This document shows, in pieces, positions 35,543-50,469 of a stretch of 64,000 bases of DNA; positions within the stretch are counted from its first letter, which is position 1, and every line of letters begins with the position of its first letter. The notes under the pieces are model-generated. The model was not told the origin of the DNA, did not search any database, and saw only the letters and a program-made list of their open reading frames with translations. The translations under genes and the position numbers were made by a program. Origin of the DNA: Perna viridis (lineage: Eukaryota); contig CM074514.1 in the NCBI GenBank assembly GCA_037379345.1, positions 25,420,001 to 25,484,000 on the forward strand, read 5' to 3'.

Positions 35543-38500
35543 TTGTGCTGTTCGTGCACTTTGGAAAATCATATTTTTAAGCAATTTCAAGAAGGCCATC
35601 CCATCGAATTTTCTGATGGCTGACCCTCCCTTCATCATAATTTCATGAATTATAATATTACACATTTTATTGAAATCAGACCGATTTTGCAAACGTTATA
35701 AAATCATTGTATAGTCCTCGATTAATATCGTCCATATGGCCGATATCATAAGTTCTCGGAGTGATAACAAAGGTAATATTAATAAGTACTATCTTTAAAA
35801 AAAGACTGCTGATGCAGTAAAATTTTGTTCTTTTTACTTCTTTCTACATATCATTCAAGAAAATTAGCACATGGTTTCGATACAGTTTTTTCGAACGCCA
35901 CTAAGTTATCAGTATTTGGCCAATCGGGAAACAGAATTTCGATCAGGTGACTTGAATTTCCATAAACGCGCGTCCTTAAGGTCAAAGGATAAAAAGCGAA
36001 ACTATACCAACTGCGTCGGAAAAAGGCCATGTATTATTTGTAAGTACTACGTTGTTGAATGTGATATTAACGTCGAAGGTCGACTCAATAAAACTGGGTT
36101 GAATACATAAAACATAATTCTCGGATAATTATATCAAACCAAGGTTGTGCAAATTAGTCAAATAAATATCGGGTATTAATAATTAGTAAATTGAGAGAGA
36201 TTTTGAAGCAAGAAGTAATAAAAAGTTGATGTGTCTGCTTGGATTAAAGTGTAAACAACATTAAATTTCTTGGAATATGTCCAGGTTGGTCTAAACGGCA
36301 TTGTAGTCGCTAGACGCCATCGGGTTTGAGGGCTTTCTAAACAAGCAGCATACGTTTTACGATGAGAACGTCTAATAAAATGGAATCGGCAGACGACCAT
36401 AATCTAATTGTGTATACATTAACCCCAGACAAAAAAGACAGAAAGTGTGAAGTATTCTAATTGTTTATAAACTATGAATAAACAGAAAAAAGTGGAATAC
36501 TAAAACTTATAGAACATAAAACATACAAGTGCATCAACACGACGCATCGTGAACTGTACTTCAGTACACCCGTACAATCATTTCAAGTTAAACGTCATAT
36601 GTAACAAATTAGACAAAAAACAAAGTAAATATTTTGCTCAGGTGCAATACGAGAAACCAGAAGTCTACCATCTGATCGTAGTTCGTAAAACAGTATTGAA
36701 GATGAAAGTTTGCCAAATTGAATACAAACAATTAGTGAACAGTCGTCGTTTGGTCAGCTTAACGTTAATAGATAAATTGTTTTAAAAGTAAACCATTTAC
36801 ATAAACCCAAGTGCGTCATCCACAAAAGTTACATCACTATTCATAAATTCGTCATAAAAATGTCTTGAACTGTCCTGAGTGCAAACCAGCCGTCCATTTG
36901 GAAGCAAGTTTAGATAAAATATCTGGAAGATCACGTCTTGTTGGTGTATACTAGTATTATGTTTATATACACTATACGTCGACAGGCGACATGGTAAAAT
37001 GTGTGAAAATTGTCAAAGTCTTTTGAACCTCGTTGCCCCTTTGACCTTCAAAATCACCTCTATCTATCGTTATTTATTTTTATTGGACCTTTTACAAGTT
37101 TTACCTGCCAAAATATAGTATTATAGTAACCATCCACCCCTAGATCTTACATGTATCGTCTGACCCAAATATGTAACCTTAACATCTAGTGGCAGTAAAT
37201 CAATACAATTGGTTTATATATGCGTATACATGAAGCAATGTTGTTGAGGTGTGATTCCTGTAGAAAGTGAATACTTTCAGATCAACTGGATATACAATGT
37301 TAATATTATTTCAGCATTAACATTCTCCGTGAAAATGAAAGTAGTAAGTTTAGCGAGAAAGTAGCCAGAGTCGCTACGAATATTGAGTTTCTAACCGGTG
37401 AGCAGTAAGTTAAATGTAAATATCTGATTTACGAGTTTTACGAATGCCGGAGTTTGTTTTCGTTGCTCTAGGTGTCTGTTTCTTTGGTGTCTCTCTCTTT
37501 TTGACGATGCCGATGCCATTCTTTTTAGTTAAAGTTCAAAAGCTGTATATACCGAAGACAAATTTTAATATCAAAATGAAAGACTCTTGCCAAAACCATT
37601 CCATTCTATTGATTGTTTCCAGATACTTGAATTTATAATTTCAAATTTTAGTTCAAAAAAGAAAAATATCGAAGTCAAGCTACGGCAGTTTAAACGTATA
37701 TAAATCCGCTATGCACGACACTGCACTTTTCAAGCAGAGTCATTAAATGTAGTTGTTTTTACCTTTTGTTGGTTATCAAAAGATTTTTCTAAAGTATCAC
37801 AAATCTTTCAAGTCAGTTTCCGGTACAGGCCAATGATAAAACACAAAGAAGTCAAATTGGTCAAGTACAGGCACACTGAATCGGTGAAGTACTACATGTC
37901 TCCATCACACATACCGCATCTCTATTATGCTTTATCACGGCAAGATCGTTATTGTCTGAATCCTTGAAAGTATGTAAATTATTCAAAATTGCAATAAGAA
38001 CCTGTCGCGGTTAAAAAATTCATCATTTCGGTAACTTTCTAGACTAAAACAATTACAATGTAATGATATGCTACTTTGGCTGTGCTCATTATTCATTTCT
38101 TTAACAAGGGCGTATCGGTTAACAAATGTATCGAAATATTTAATATATCTTTCTTAAATTGATGTCAAAACAAATAATTTATGGGAATTTTTACGGTTAA
38201 AAAACCCATAAAATAAAAGGATTAAATTCAATTACTTAAAGTCGAACTGCGTTCTGTATGTGACAAGTTAATGAACGGTATCAAATGGGCAGTAATAACT
38301 GCGAATATTACTCTACATTTGTGAGAATAATCAAGCAAGCACTGTCGGTAATAAATGACCTGGGCTATCAAAACGTTGAAGAAATACACCCCACAACGAT
38401 AATTACCACCTAATATCGCCTTGGATTTTCTCTGCTTTGGTAGAAACTCAAGGATTTTTCAGTTGTTATTGTTCTACAAAAAAGTAGATATTCGCTTTGA

Positions 38501-40675
38501 TAGTGGATTCTTTTACCAAGCCATGTTTATTCGAATTAAACGCAAACTAAAGTCAAGTTTTATGTCTGAGTTAGGAAATTGCATCATTTAAAGTGAACGT
38601 TAAATCCAGAACATAGCATTTGATACAGAAACATAATTCCGGGCAATATTACTAAGCGTTTTAGAAAATAGCAAAGGCTAGGCTATGCAAACTACATTCG
38701 AACAAGTCTTTGTACTCCACAGATACGATTTTAGAGAAAAAAATGAATTTTATTTTCCATTTTTCGAATTTCATCAGTTATTTTTTCAGACCGAAAAGGT
38801 TTTTAAAAAATGTCCATGATTTCTCCTACAGATAATAGCATTACATACATGCAGGATTTTTCGTGATTCGAGGATTATAGTTATTTACCGAAGTATACAT
38901 ATTGTACAACATATGTTTCATTTAAATATACGAGCGACATGTGCTTATAGGATTACCGGGCAAAAAAAAAGACATAGCTTCACAGAAAATCCTAAATTTC
39001 ATGTGAAACATACGAAAATTTCGACTTGATTCATGGAAAGTTCGCATGTGTAATTTATCCTGGCCTCGTCTTACTTGCTGTATGAAAATTTTCTGGGTAT
39101 GCATAACCGTACCAAAGAGATTTATATGTTTGTAAAAATAAATCAGAACGCTGTCACTTTGTATGACTTGAAAGCTCGTATCTCTTTTCGGGAACATGCG
39201 TTCATATGACATTTGGACTAAACAAATAAAATAAACCGTTTTATTAATGCGGCGTCTTGCGCATATATTCAACAATGGATGATTTTTATAACTTTTTTTG
39301 CGTTTTAATACCTATCAATGTATTAATATTTTTATCTTTTTTTTGCACCTGCAGTGTTTTATAATAGCTTTATGCTTAGTCTGCAATAATTTCATTAAGA
39401 ATGGAAACTAAGTGAAAAGTAAAACAAGGCAACAATTATCTACATCATATTGTTTAAGGTGATGATAACAACCCAAACTGCTGTTTCGTTATCATCATTG
39501 AAACTAGAAGACACTGGTAGCACACAGTCTGTGGGGCACTTTATTTATTACATGAAACAGGATTCTAAACAACATTTCATACATAATGCTTTCTTAATCC
39601 CATCCCCACCCCCACGAGTGCATATTAATGTGTAAAATAGTGACTATCATTTTTCATGAAAGAAAAAAATGTTCCTAATTCCTATCACATCTAAAAACAA
39701 TTTTGCATTCAATGAATAATGTACATCTTTTTTTTAAAACTTCTTACACTATTTTATCATTGTGAACAAAAATACACCTGTTTTTCTTAACCATTTACAA
39801 ATCCATGTACACATACAGACTTTACAAACTAAAAATTGAAAAGTAAGGAATTTACAAAATATGATCCTACCTTACACACTGAGATTTACACACAAACATT
39901 AAGTGAAGGAATAATGACACTATTTATTTAACTGAGGGATGCTGGTTTGAAAACCACAGTTATATGAATCAAAGCGAAATTGTCATACCAATTAGTGAAC
40001 AATATCTGGTAGACAAAATATTTGTAAGACTCATTCCGAGTAGGACTTCGTATTATATAAATTAATCACCGTTTACATCCCTTAACATTTTACAATGGCG
40101 ACTACAGGGAAGGACAAAAAGCAACAATATCTTTAATGATGTAAGTCACGCAAACTTTAATACGAAATTATCTAAGTTCCTCGGCATGCTTAGTAATACA
40201 AAACTAAAATCAAGTAAAATATTTAAAATTTAAAGAAACTTTTTTCCAAAAGAATTTAAGCTTTTTTTATGAATCTGTATGACAACTACTAGTCTCGTTT
40301 ACTCTATCATATTGACATCACCATAATGAAATAAAACTAGTTTCTTTATTTTTATGTGGAAATCTTCATAATGAATCAATTTATTACTGTTAAATCAATT
40401 ACTTCCAATCACAGAAACAACTGAAATGACAAGCGGAATGACCCGGAACTAGTTAACAATAACCCGGAAACATACAGTAAATATGAACCAACGCGAAGTT
40501 GTTGGCGGGTATAGTTGTAATTATCTGTTTTACACATGTGTAAAACAGACTTCTGCAGAAACTATAACTTTAAGATTATAGTAAAGCAATTAAACTAACG
40601 TCTGGGGTAGGAGTACATTATACATGAACCGAAATACCCTCAAAAACTAATCCGCTATTTAGTGATCTACATAAC

Positions 40676-40684
40676 GACCACCCA
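40676..40684 (+). promoter_or_regulatory. Perfect Gli/Ci consensus motif GACCACCCA
   Basis: Exact 9-mer about 8.5 kb upstream of the NDNF ATG. Function is not shown. Confidence 0.3.
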
Positions 40685-43600
40685 TTGAAAATATACTAGC
40701 AACCCGAAGTACAATATAGAGAGCTTCTTCAAATGCATACATCTGAAAATGTCTCAATGCCCAGCAGAAAAGCAGAAAATTATTATCTACTAATATTACT
40801 AATAGATTGTGTCATAACTTGATATTTAATACTCGAACGATATGTAAAAGTTGGAATTAAGAGCACAGATACCCACTTAACCATGTAATACACATTGAAA
40901 AAAAAAGAATTAAAGCAACAGGTAGTAAAATCAGATAACCTTAGCGTTATTTTGTTTAATTAAATGTCTGTAAATGAGATAAGTAAGAAAAATAAAGGAA
41001 ATTTTGTTCAGGCTCAGCATGACCTACCAATCCGCACGTTACCTCTTATCAAAACCTGCAGACTCAGGATCAGCGTGAAGAGATGTTGCATCTTTCAATA
41101 CCGCAGTTTTATTTCAGTAATTCATGGAAAGGGTCAAATAAACGTCTTTTAATCAAACTGTTTTCCTCAACATATACATGTGGGAAAAGGGTATTTTTGG
41201 TTACGAACGTAGGTCAATAGAAGTTAAGTGAATTTAAAAATGATAGACATGGATATAGAAAGAAAGCATAAGAACGGAAGATCACAGGAGATATAATTTA
41301 TAATTAACATTTTAAATTATAATAAAATTTAAAAAAAAAAGAAAAAAAAATCTTTTTAAATACTAGTAGTCTTTAGAAGCAATTCTTGAATCTGTATTGA
41401 AGGAGACATTGCTTTGTAACAAACGTGTTGCTCGTGGTTTTCCCTTGAAAATGATATAAAAGGGGATATAAATTCAAATTTAACCATTTCGATTTAGTAT
41501 TAAACTATGTTTTCCATATTTCAGATTCAGTATTTTTCCTTTGTGAACGGGTTTTGTAGAAATGTAAATGGAAAATACCATTGCTAATGTTTTCTTCAGT
41601 ATGCCTAAGTTTTCTTAGTAAAACCATCATCATGTATACTTTTACTTTTAGAATTGGTACCTGTGAGTATTGACTTCAGAATTACTATTTAAAATGATTG
41701 ACTGATTAACATTAGACATAAATGTATTACACAATACAAAAATATGTGTAATAAATAAAATTTTATTTGGTTGCATGGGTTACTATTTTGTCAGTGGTTT
41801 ATGCAGTGGTCAGCTGATACTTTCAGCTGTTGCAGTCTCTTACTGGATTGCTTACAAATAAATAGAATAATAACTACCAGAAGTCAGCTGATGCTTGTGA
41901 TCTAGGTTCTGATCCAAGACAAACAATATCAAGCAAGTTTATACTTTATGTAAACTACAAATCATTTTGGCAGACAGTTTGCAATACCGCTGTGATCTCC
42001 CTTCTATTTGCCTAACTACGTACATTCGTAATCTGCCATTATCTTTAAAATTCCAAAGTAATCTTAAATTCTTTCCAAGTGGTACTCTTCATTAAAATAA
42101 CAAAATTTTGTTGCATCGGCGGAAACCGTGTAACCCAGCGTGTTGTTAAGAGAAACTTCGTATTATGACAATAGCAAAGTGTTCATGCTATATCATAAAA
42201 ATAAATGTATCACAGGTACTGATTCGGTAATTATTGCAATACTTAATTTAATAGTATAATAGTTAAATTTTATTAATTTCTTATTTATGTAAAAAATTAT
42301 GTTAATATACCAATTACTTACTATAAAATTCATCCAGCGCTATCCGCTTTTGAAGTTTTCAATAAATCCACTAATGAACACATTTTTAAAATTATAATTT
42401 TCAATTTGTTGTCATAAAAAAGATTTCCCACTGCAGAAATGATGCCTGCCGTGCCATACTCCGATTGGTCTTGCGCAAGCGTGATCTAGGACATACAGCC
42501 ACGTGACACCATCAAATTATATTTCGTCTAGCGGTTTAGGTTTTTAGAAGTTTGTTTTTTTTTTTCAGTAATGTTATATTCAAACCCATTTTTCTTATTA
42601 TGAAACTGAGAAAGGAGAGACAATTTACATGTAGTTCATTTTATTCGTTCCTACAAAGATTTCAGTATCCAGATGTCTGTATCATGGTTCTACAGTCACA
42701 ATTCTGAACAATGGTAACTCATTCCTTGTTAAATATTATTTTAATTGGCTCTTAAAATTCCACAGGAGCATAATTATACTTTAATGACCTAGCTCTGTAT
42801 TAATCTTTATTTTATCTTATCTGGATATTAATTAATCAACTATATTTGACGGTCTATTACGCTGTATATCAAAGCTTTAGTAGTAAAATATTTCATAACC
42901 GGTAGCTTAGACTTTTTAATAGATTTATTACTTGAAGGTGCATATCCTTGTGTCACTGCGTATTTACATGGCTGATAATCGATAAATTTCCTAAATTCCA
43001 AACCATATTTATCAAGGGTACATTCCTATTTAAATGGCGCGTGGATATACGATCACAAGGGTGTCGCTATATGACCGTACAACTAATACAAGTGACGAGA
43101 GGAGTTCGGTATCGCGTTATATGAAATACTACTCCCTAGTAATATGTTAAACTATGCGATATTCAATATCATTTTATGGGTTTTCTTTTACACCTAGATG
43201 TATATGTGTGGAAAAATTTGCTAATTGCTTGAACGCAAAGACCTAGATTTTAATAAAGTTTGGATAACGTTTCCCATTGTCATTCAATATCATATGTGAT
43301 TAAATATTCTGCATGCCATTTTTTGTTATGCCGTTGTAAGAATATGTCTGTTCAACTACGCTTTTGATTTTCAATACATTTTGACTAAATTAAAAAATGA
43401 GTATAATTAACTTCTTTTTTTTTTAACCTTTCTACTGACTATATGAAGTTTACAATTTTGGAGAACAATATTTCAGATGTCCGTTTATAGTTATAGTTGG
43501 TGATTATCAGAACTCGGTGTATGTTTATATTATTTTTTTTTCGCCGAAATTGATATTCTTACTGCTTGATAATCTACTGCTATGATACCAAAAACTATCG

Positions 43601-46238
43601 ACAAAATTACGTCAAATTAGCGTTGCATTGACGTCGCCAATAAACATTGCAACGCCAGTTTTGCACATATCGACAGTACATCAAATATCGTCTTCTTGGG
43701 CTTGCTGCGATATTTTTCAGTCTCGATTTCAAAATTGCCGTTAATCTATATGATGTGTGGTAGTAAAAAAAAACAGACATATTTGAGGAAACATCGTGGA
43801 GAAAAAAATCCAACAGCAATAGAGCAACCAAAATACACGAATTCATCGTCTCTAAAGCCACCAGCAAAAAAAACCAATTTTTACAAACCAATTTATTTCA
43901 TTTGACAAATGCTTGATTACACACATAAGAAAAAAACACCAACTGTACAGAAAGTGGGAATTTAAACCACCAAACAAATTCCTGAAACGGTTCAGGTTGT
44001 TAGCTGTAGTGTTGCTCTTCTGTGTCTATAAGGATATCATTTTACTATTTTTCATCATAATGAGGGGGGTCCAACCCCTGGATCTACACCAAGATCAGCC
44101 TCTGTGACCATGGTATGATAATTACATGTGCAAGTTCCCAAAAGTTTTTTTACAGAAAGGTACATATAAACTATCCATGTTGAGATCAAGATTTTTATAC
44201 ACAAGCAGGTTCTGTAACCGCATTTTTGTACTCGAATTTGCGTAAAAGATCAGATAAGATTAAATACTCAATCTGAATATTAATTTTATTTATGTCAACT
44301 TACTAAGTGAAAGTAAATTGAACGATAAAAGGATATGGTGATAGATAACGACATTTAAAGTAGCTTCATGACCAGTTATAAAATTGAAAGGTATAATAAT
44401 GTCCCAAAACACCTAAAAAGAAACATTTTTTAAACGATAGAAGACTAAAATAACGATTTTTTTAGGATGAAAACAACGCATTAACTTACTTTGAAAGTGT
44501 AAACCCGACATTATCCTTCACCGTCCATTTAAATTGAACAGGTGACTCCAACCACGGCATATTTAATTAGACCAATTAGCACTATAATTTGACGCTTCCT
44601 ACTGACTTCGAGGGAGGCCTTTCTCCGATGAAACTCTCCAATGCCAAATCATTGGTACATTCCGGTCTATATTTAGACTTTATTTACTAACATGTTATCT
44701 CATTTTGTGATTTTTTTCTCTCTATGATATAAATAAGTATTGCTCAATAAGTTTCATGATGAAATAATCAAAATTAGAAACTTAGTGAGGACTACAAATA
44801 TATAGAAAATGTCCACGTTTGCATTTAAACGACATAGTCCCTTCGTTCTTACAGAAACTTGGTCTAAATCCATCAAATTATCATTTTCCATAACTGTGTA
44901 TTAATCGTGAATACAGGGGGTCTCTGAAGTCCATATATTGGTACTCTGCCCCCGTTTTATTCAATATCTGTTATTAAAGATTTGTCCGTTACAGATAATT
45001 AACGTAACAATACTTTGTCCTTATTTGCTCCATAAGTCTAGCCAAAAGTACGATACATGATGTCAACAATGACGTACCCTATATTGTTCTGGTAATTTTG
45101 GTATTGAGTATCTATTTGTGTTAAACGATCGACTGAACGTTAATGTACTTTTAAAATATTCTTATAAATCCGCGTCCAGGATTAAAAAAGGGGGGTCAGT
45201 CAATTCTATTCTTGTGTTTTGTATGAAAGGAGATACATGCAATGAATGCGCCAAAATATTGGTACAGACGTCGTAATCCTGTTCAACAATGTTTATAAAC
45301 TAACCTTGATTTCTTAAAAACAAAACTAGGACCGAACTTACTTTCACTATTCCGTTTAGCAAGATAAACCTAAATTCAATCAGATTTGATGGGTATCAGT
45401 TTGATATGGTATGGTTGCTAATGAGATAGTCATCCACTAAATTCTAAGCAATTCAACAATTCACCCACACGGTCTTCAATGATGGGCAAAACCCAAAGTG
45501 CACAAGGCCCCCAAATAAATTATGTGAAATTATTCATATAAAGCTAAGTTGTTTGTGTTGTGCTGTAAATTAACAGTCTCTATGAACAATCAAGGGCAGC
45601 TGTATTCGGTACAATTAGGCGTGACTTTCTATTTGAAGATCATAATACATGATTACGAACAACTAAACATCAAGGGAAATATGAAAAGTAAATATAAACA
45701 AATCCAAGGTTAAGAAAGTTCGATATGATTTCTTACTACTGTTTATTTACCGGACTCCGCGGTCAACCCACTAACACAATTCTATTAATTTGTCCTAGTA
45801 GTATCCAGATGACCCTTCTAATTAGAAAAGTTATCGTACAGACTCCCAAAGGAGACGGACTTAATAGTGATCAATGTGTAGACTTGTTGACAAAAGAAAG
45901 ATTATTTAATATATATACTTGATATGTGTTATCTGTTTGGCTTATTATATATGAATCAATTGTCCACTTTTGTAAGTTTCTGTCATTCCACGGACAATAG
46001 AATTCCTGACGATCAGGATAAACCCCGGAATCACAGTCAGTCCTCTTATTCAATTGTATATAACATCAAAGGCACCAAAAAGATCAAAGACTTTAAGTTA
46101 TAATGTGTGTTAACGTCAATATTCTAGAAGTACTAAGACTCCAGTACTAATAATACAAACTTACATTAGATATACGGAAAATCTATATAAAAGCTGTTAG
46201 AAAAGGTAATGTATGAACAGGGGTGGTTGGGTGATATT

Positions 46239-46406
46239 CGGTGGCGGGTCCCATGCAGGGAAGATTTGAGGGATTTGAACCCAACCCAACCTTCTTTTTA
46301 GGGAAAATTTTGTTGAAGCCGTGCAAAATTAGAGCACATAAAATGATACAAAATGAGAAAATGATAACATGGAACCCCCCTTCCAAAATTTCTGGATCCG
46401 CCCCTG
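46239..46406. mobile_element. MITE of the CAGKGGCGGATCC-TIR type
   Basis: Ends CGGTGGCGGGTCC / GGATCCGCCCCTG. Flanks GATATT / AATATT form an imperfect 6-bp TSD. Confidence 0.6.
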
Positions 46407-48400
46407 AATATTTGTCGATCCTTTCCACTTCCTGGTCTTAAAACTTTAATATTGTATTTGCTTAATCATTTTTGTTGGCTTTAACTCAAACTGAGTTTAT
46501 TAATACAAAAAGGTACATGTCTACAAGAATGTCAATGATGACGGTAACAATTTCTAAAATGACATCAATGTTTATACCTGATGGCGATGACGATGATAGT
46601 GGTCTTAGAGAAAATCCATCCGATACGAAAAAAATTCATGGAAAACGTAGAATCTGAACAGGACATGCCTTGATAGATATAATACGTGCTGTTGATAAAT
46701 ACCCCAATACACCTTAACCGTATTGTTTTTGACTTCAGTGGAGAATGATACCGTTATATTACAGATGACTTGCGTTTCCCTGCGTGATGACTTAACTAAA
46801 AATTTGTTATGATTAAAACTAATAGAATCAATTACAGTCTAATAAAGAATTATTTAAATTAAGTGGCCCTAGCATGGCCCACACGAGAAAACAGTGAACG
46901 TGACCACTATTTCTGAACATTACGTCAATCTAATCGTATTCATTAACAGACACACCCTTCGCATCATGAATGAAACTAAGAAGCATCGTGTGAATAAAAC
47001 TAAATATCGAGTTTTGATTACATCTAAATATAAAGAACAAATAGAACCAATGAATAGGTGTTGGTTGATCAATACGAATTAACTAACGTAACTTCATTTT
47101 GTATAGACAATGAGTTAATATGAAAGGAACGGTTCCAATTCATATCAATAGAAACATTAGAGTAATAATATAAATCGGAAGTAAGCAAGCAACCTACACA
47201 ACTTCCGTATATTTAATGCAATTAACATTATTTCGAATTTAATTCCATTAAAAAGATTGTCATATCCTGTCAGTAGAAGCCATCCCAAAGATTTCGATAA
47301 AGACATTGATCATCGAGTCTTTCATCTTCTTTTCTACCTAAACAGAATGGCGTGAATTCTTTGAACTTTTCCTTTTATAACTATGGGCATTTCCTCTTGA
47401 AAGGTTAATACCTTGCAGTGGCAAAACAAATCTTCAATGAACAATTGAAAATTAAAAAAAAAATGTTCAGTCGCTTATAGTTATCAACGGTAATAGGGAA
47501 ATTTCACAAGAAAATCAAAAGTCAACCTGATGGCACAAAAGCTGTAGATAGCATGTGCATTGTCATCATTCCAACAATTTCAAGTTTTGAATGAAAATAG
47601 AAACTTGCTTATACTGTATTTTTTTTAATGAGCGGGTTTTTATTGTGTTTGCCGCACCGATTTTCATTAGCCTTTTGTGGTGTGTCCGTGTTGGATGATA
47701 AGGATGTGCAGTTCTTTTCATTTCTTTTTAATCATTTGTAAACCCGACACTGTTTTAATGTTTTAATTGAAATATTGCATTATAAGGAGACTTCTTCATG
47801 ATCACATGTTCATACTCGGTGACATTATGTATTTAGTAGATGCATAACATTCCTATTAAAACACACAAGTCATTAAGTTAGTGACATGCATCAAACATTT
47901 GAAATAAGCAACTGAACTTTTTTGTTCTCAAGTTTGAATCACTAAGATTGAAATCAGTTCACTTGCTAAAAGATAATTGCAAATAGCCTAATATTTTAAC
48001 AGCATAAACTGTATTTCAAACCTGCCAAACAATGTTCACAATATTTAAAATGTACTTTAACAAAACTGCTCTAACAGTTTAAAAATGAAAGAAAACAAAA
48101 TAATCAACAAAAAAAAAACAACAAACAACAAAACAAGAACAAACTATAAATAGATAAGGCAACATGGCTGCAGTTTTAGCCTCGTTTTAAATTACGCAAC
48201 ATTTTGAGATTCGCCCTTCTATGTAAAACCTTAAGCCCACTTATAATGATAAGGAAAAGTACTTGCAAAAATGTTTCTCATATTTGAACGTCGAAAAACT
48301 TAGGAGTACTAAGTCATTTTTAACTTTTGGAAGATGAAGAATCCACACGTTACCAGTCCATATGATGCACTTCTGTGATCGTCTTCTGGCGACCGAATTT

Positions 48401-48406
<6 letters not shown>

Positions 48407-48456
<50 letters not shown>
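48407..48456. repeat. (TG)25 microsatellite
   Basis: Read directly from the sequence. Confidence 0.99.
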
Positions 48457-48457
<1 letters not shown>

Positions 48458-50197
48458 CTCGACAGACACTTTTCTATAGAAATATTCCAAGGTTCTCAAT
48501 ACAAGAGAATAAAAATAGATACTTCAATCACTATCTGCAGATGACACAGCTATGTAGCGCCAAATTATACCTACAGGGAATATTTGAGATAGTTTGAATT
48601 ATTTCCTTATACAGTATCAGGTGTTTTGTTGAACGTATAACACTCGAAAAGACATAAAGTTAGGAGACAGCTTCAAGAGATTATTTATGTCCTTTGTCTC
48701 TTTAGAAGATGATAAGAGAATAGTATTTACTAATAATCTGAACCATATATACAGGAGTTTTATAGCAGTTATCAAATATAAATGTATGTTTACAATATAA
48801 TTTCAAACAAATCACTTAGAGCTGTTGGTAATTTTCTAGACAAAGTATCCATCCAGGGGGTCATCCATAAAGCCAGGTAAGACCCATCTTCATGCAGTCA
48901 TGTGGTGTTTCTCCGTGTACGCTAAGTTAAACTACTTGAACGGTACAAAACTAGTATAATCATTTGTGTGCTTTTGGATTAGTCCAGAGGACCAAGCACC
49001 ACGACTGTGGTGATTTATGACACTATGAGACGAGAGAAAAAAAGATATCGGTAAAAACCTCAGTTGCTAACAATCCGAATTTGACGTCTTGTTGTTCCCT
49101 AGTACAATTTATTTATAATTCCTCTCTATGGGGTACTAATATCCAGTCAGTCTTAAACATCTACCAGGGGAAAGTTTTGTTCGGGCGTCCCACATAGGAT
49201 TAAAAAGTGCATTCTTGAAATTTCGGAAGATTTACTAGGTTTAACTTTCTAAAAGTTTTATCGAAAAATAATCGACATTTGACGCAATTTCTTATAATAG
49301 CAATGTCATAAACAATAAGATTTGACAAAAATTTAAGTGTTCAATAAATCGTCGACCACACTGTGATCGCTAAGAGATAGATATAGAAAACTTTGACATT
49401 GTCATTTAAACAAGATATGATTGCGTTTACATTTGATTTTCATGGGGAGAGTCGGGTCTCATCACTGATAGCCCTACCGCGGGTAAAAGTTAAAATATTC
49501 GTCTCAGATACTTGTATAAATTAATCTGTTATAGATTATAGCACGGATAATGTAGAAGACACATACTTTCCATCAGTTGAAACCGAAATAGCTCATCCCA
49601 ATTTCAAATAAAAAGACGTTGCAAGATAGAGGAATACTATTCAATATACTTAATTTTTAAAAAAATCGCTATTTCATACCTAAAGATTGTTGGAATTGAC
49701 AGCAAATTATAAGAAAAAAAGAGATGCATGTTTTCTTTGACTACCATGTACTATTCACATACCAGAGCGTTTCTTATAACTAAGAGAATTACATAAATTA
49801 TGTCCCGTTGCAATGGCTTCGTTGCATTGTAATTCTAAGAAATTCCATAAAATCGTTTGCGAAACTTGAATACATGCTTTAGCTGGAATTTAATAACTAA
49901 ACTCACCCGTCATCTTAAGAAAAAAATATCCAAATATTGACTGACTTGATTTTCACGTGCATTTTCCAGGAATTTTCACAATCAATTCGGAGGCGGGTGA
50001 GAGTTTGTAATTTATATCCTATTGCCATTGTTTGTTGTCGCATATGGTTTGAAACCCAACCGCGAAATTTAAAAATCACATTCTCAAACACCTACCATCA
50101 CGATGTTTCTAAAGGCTAATCTTTTAGTAATTATTTACTTAACTATAAAAATGCAGGTTGGAAAACAAACGTAGAGAGGCGTCGTCAATTAGAATAT

Positions 50198-50469
50198 TGT
50201 GATGAGATAATGTCTTATGAAAGGTTTTCAAGCATGCCGTGGGGATTATGTGATAGAAGGTAATCAACCAAAATGTGTAAACAGGCATTTTTGTCATTTT
50301 TTTGGAAAAAGGAAAACTTTGAATGACGAATCCCAAAAATGTCCCTTTTATCATTATGCAATTTGTGAAAAAAGTGTAAAATGCAAAGGGGAAAGGCATT
50401 GTGACAATACACCGTGACCTGCTGACAAGCCTTGGGTTGACAACGCCATATAAAGCATTCCTCATCACA
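50198..50469. mobile_element. Degenerate inverted-repeat element with TGT...ACA ends
   Basis: TGTGATGAG / CTCATCACA termini with patchy complementarity for about 35 bp. No TSD seen. Confidence 0.4.

Noticed and set aside
24258-38780. Other CTGATGA...GAAA matches on the minus strand (near 24260-24282 and 38761-38778)
   Set aside because: No stem II and no stem I/III pairing. These are chance matches.
48362-48597. CVCVCV ORFs
   Set aside because: They are translations of the (TG)n microsatellite.
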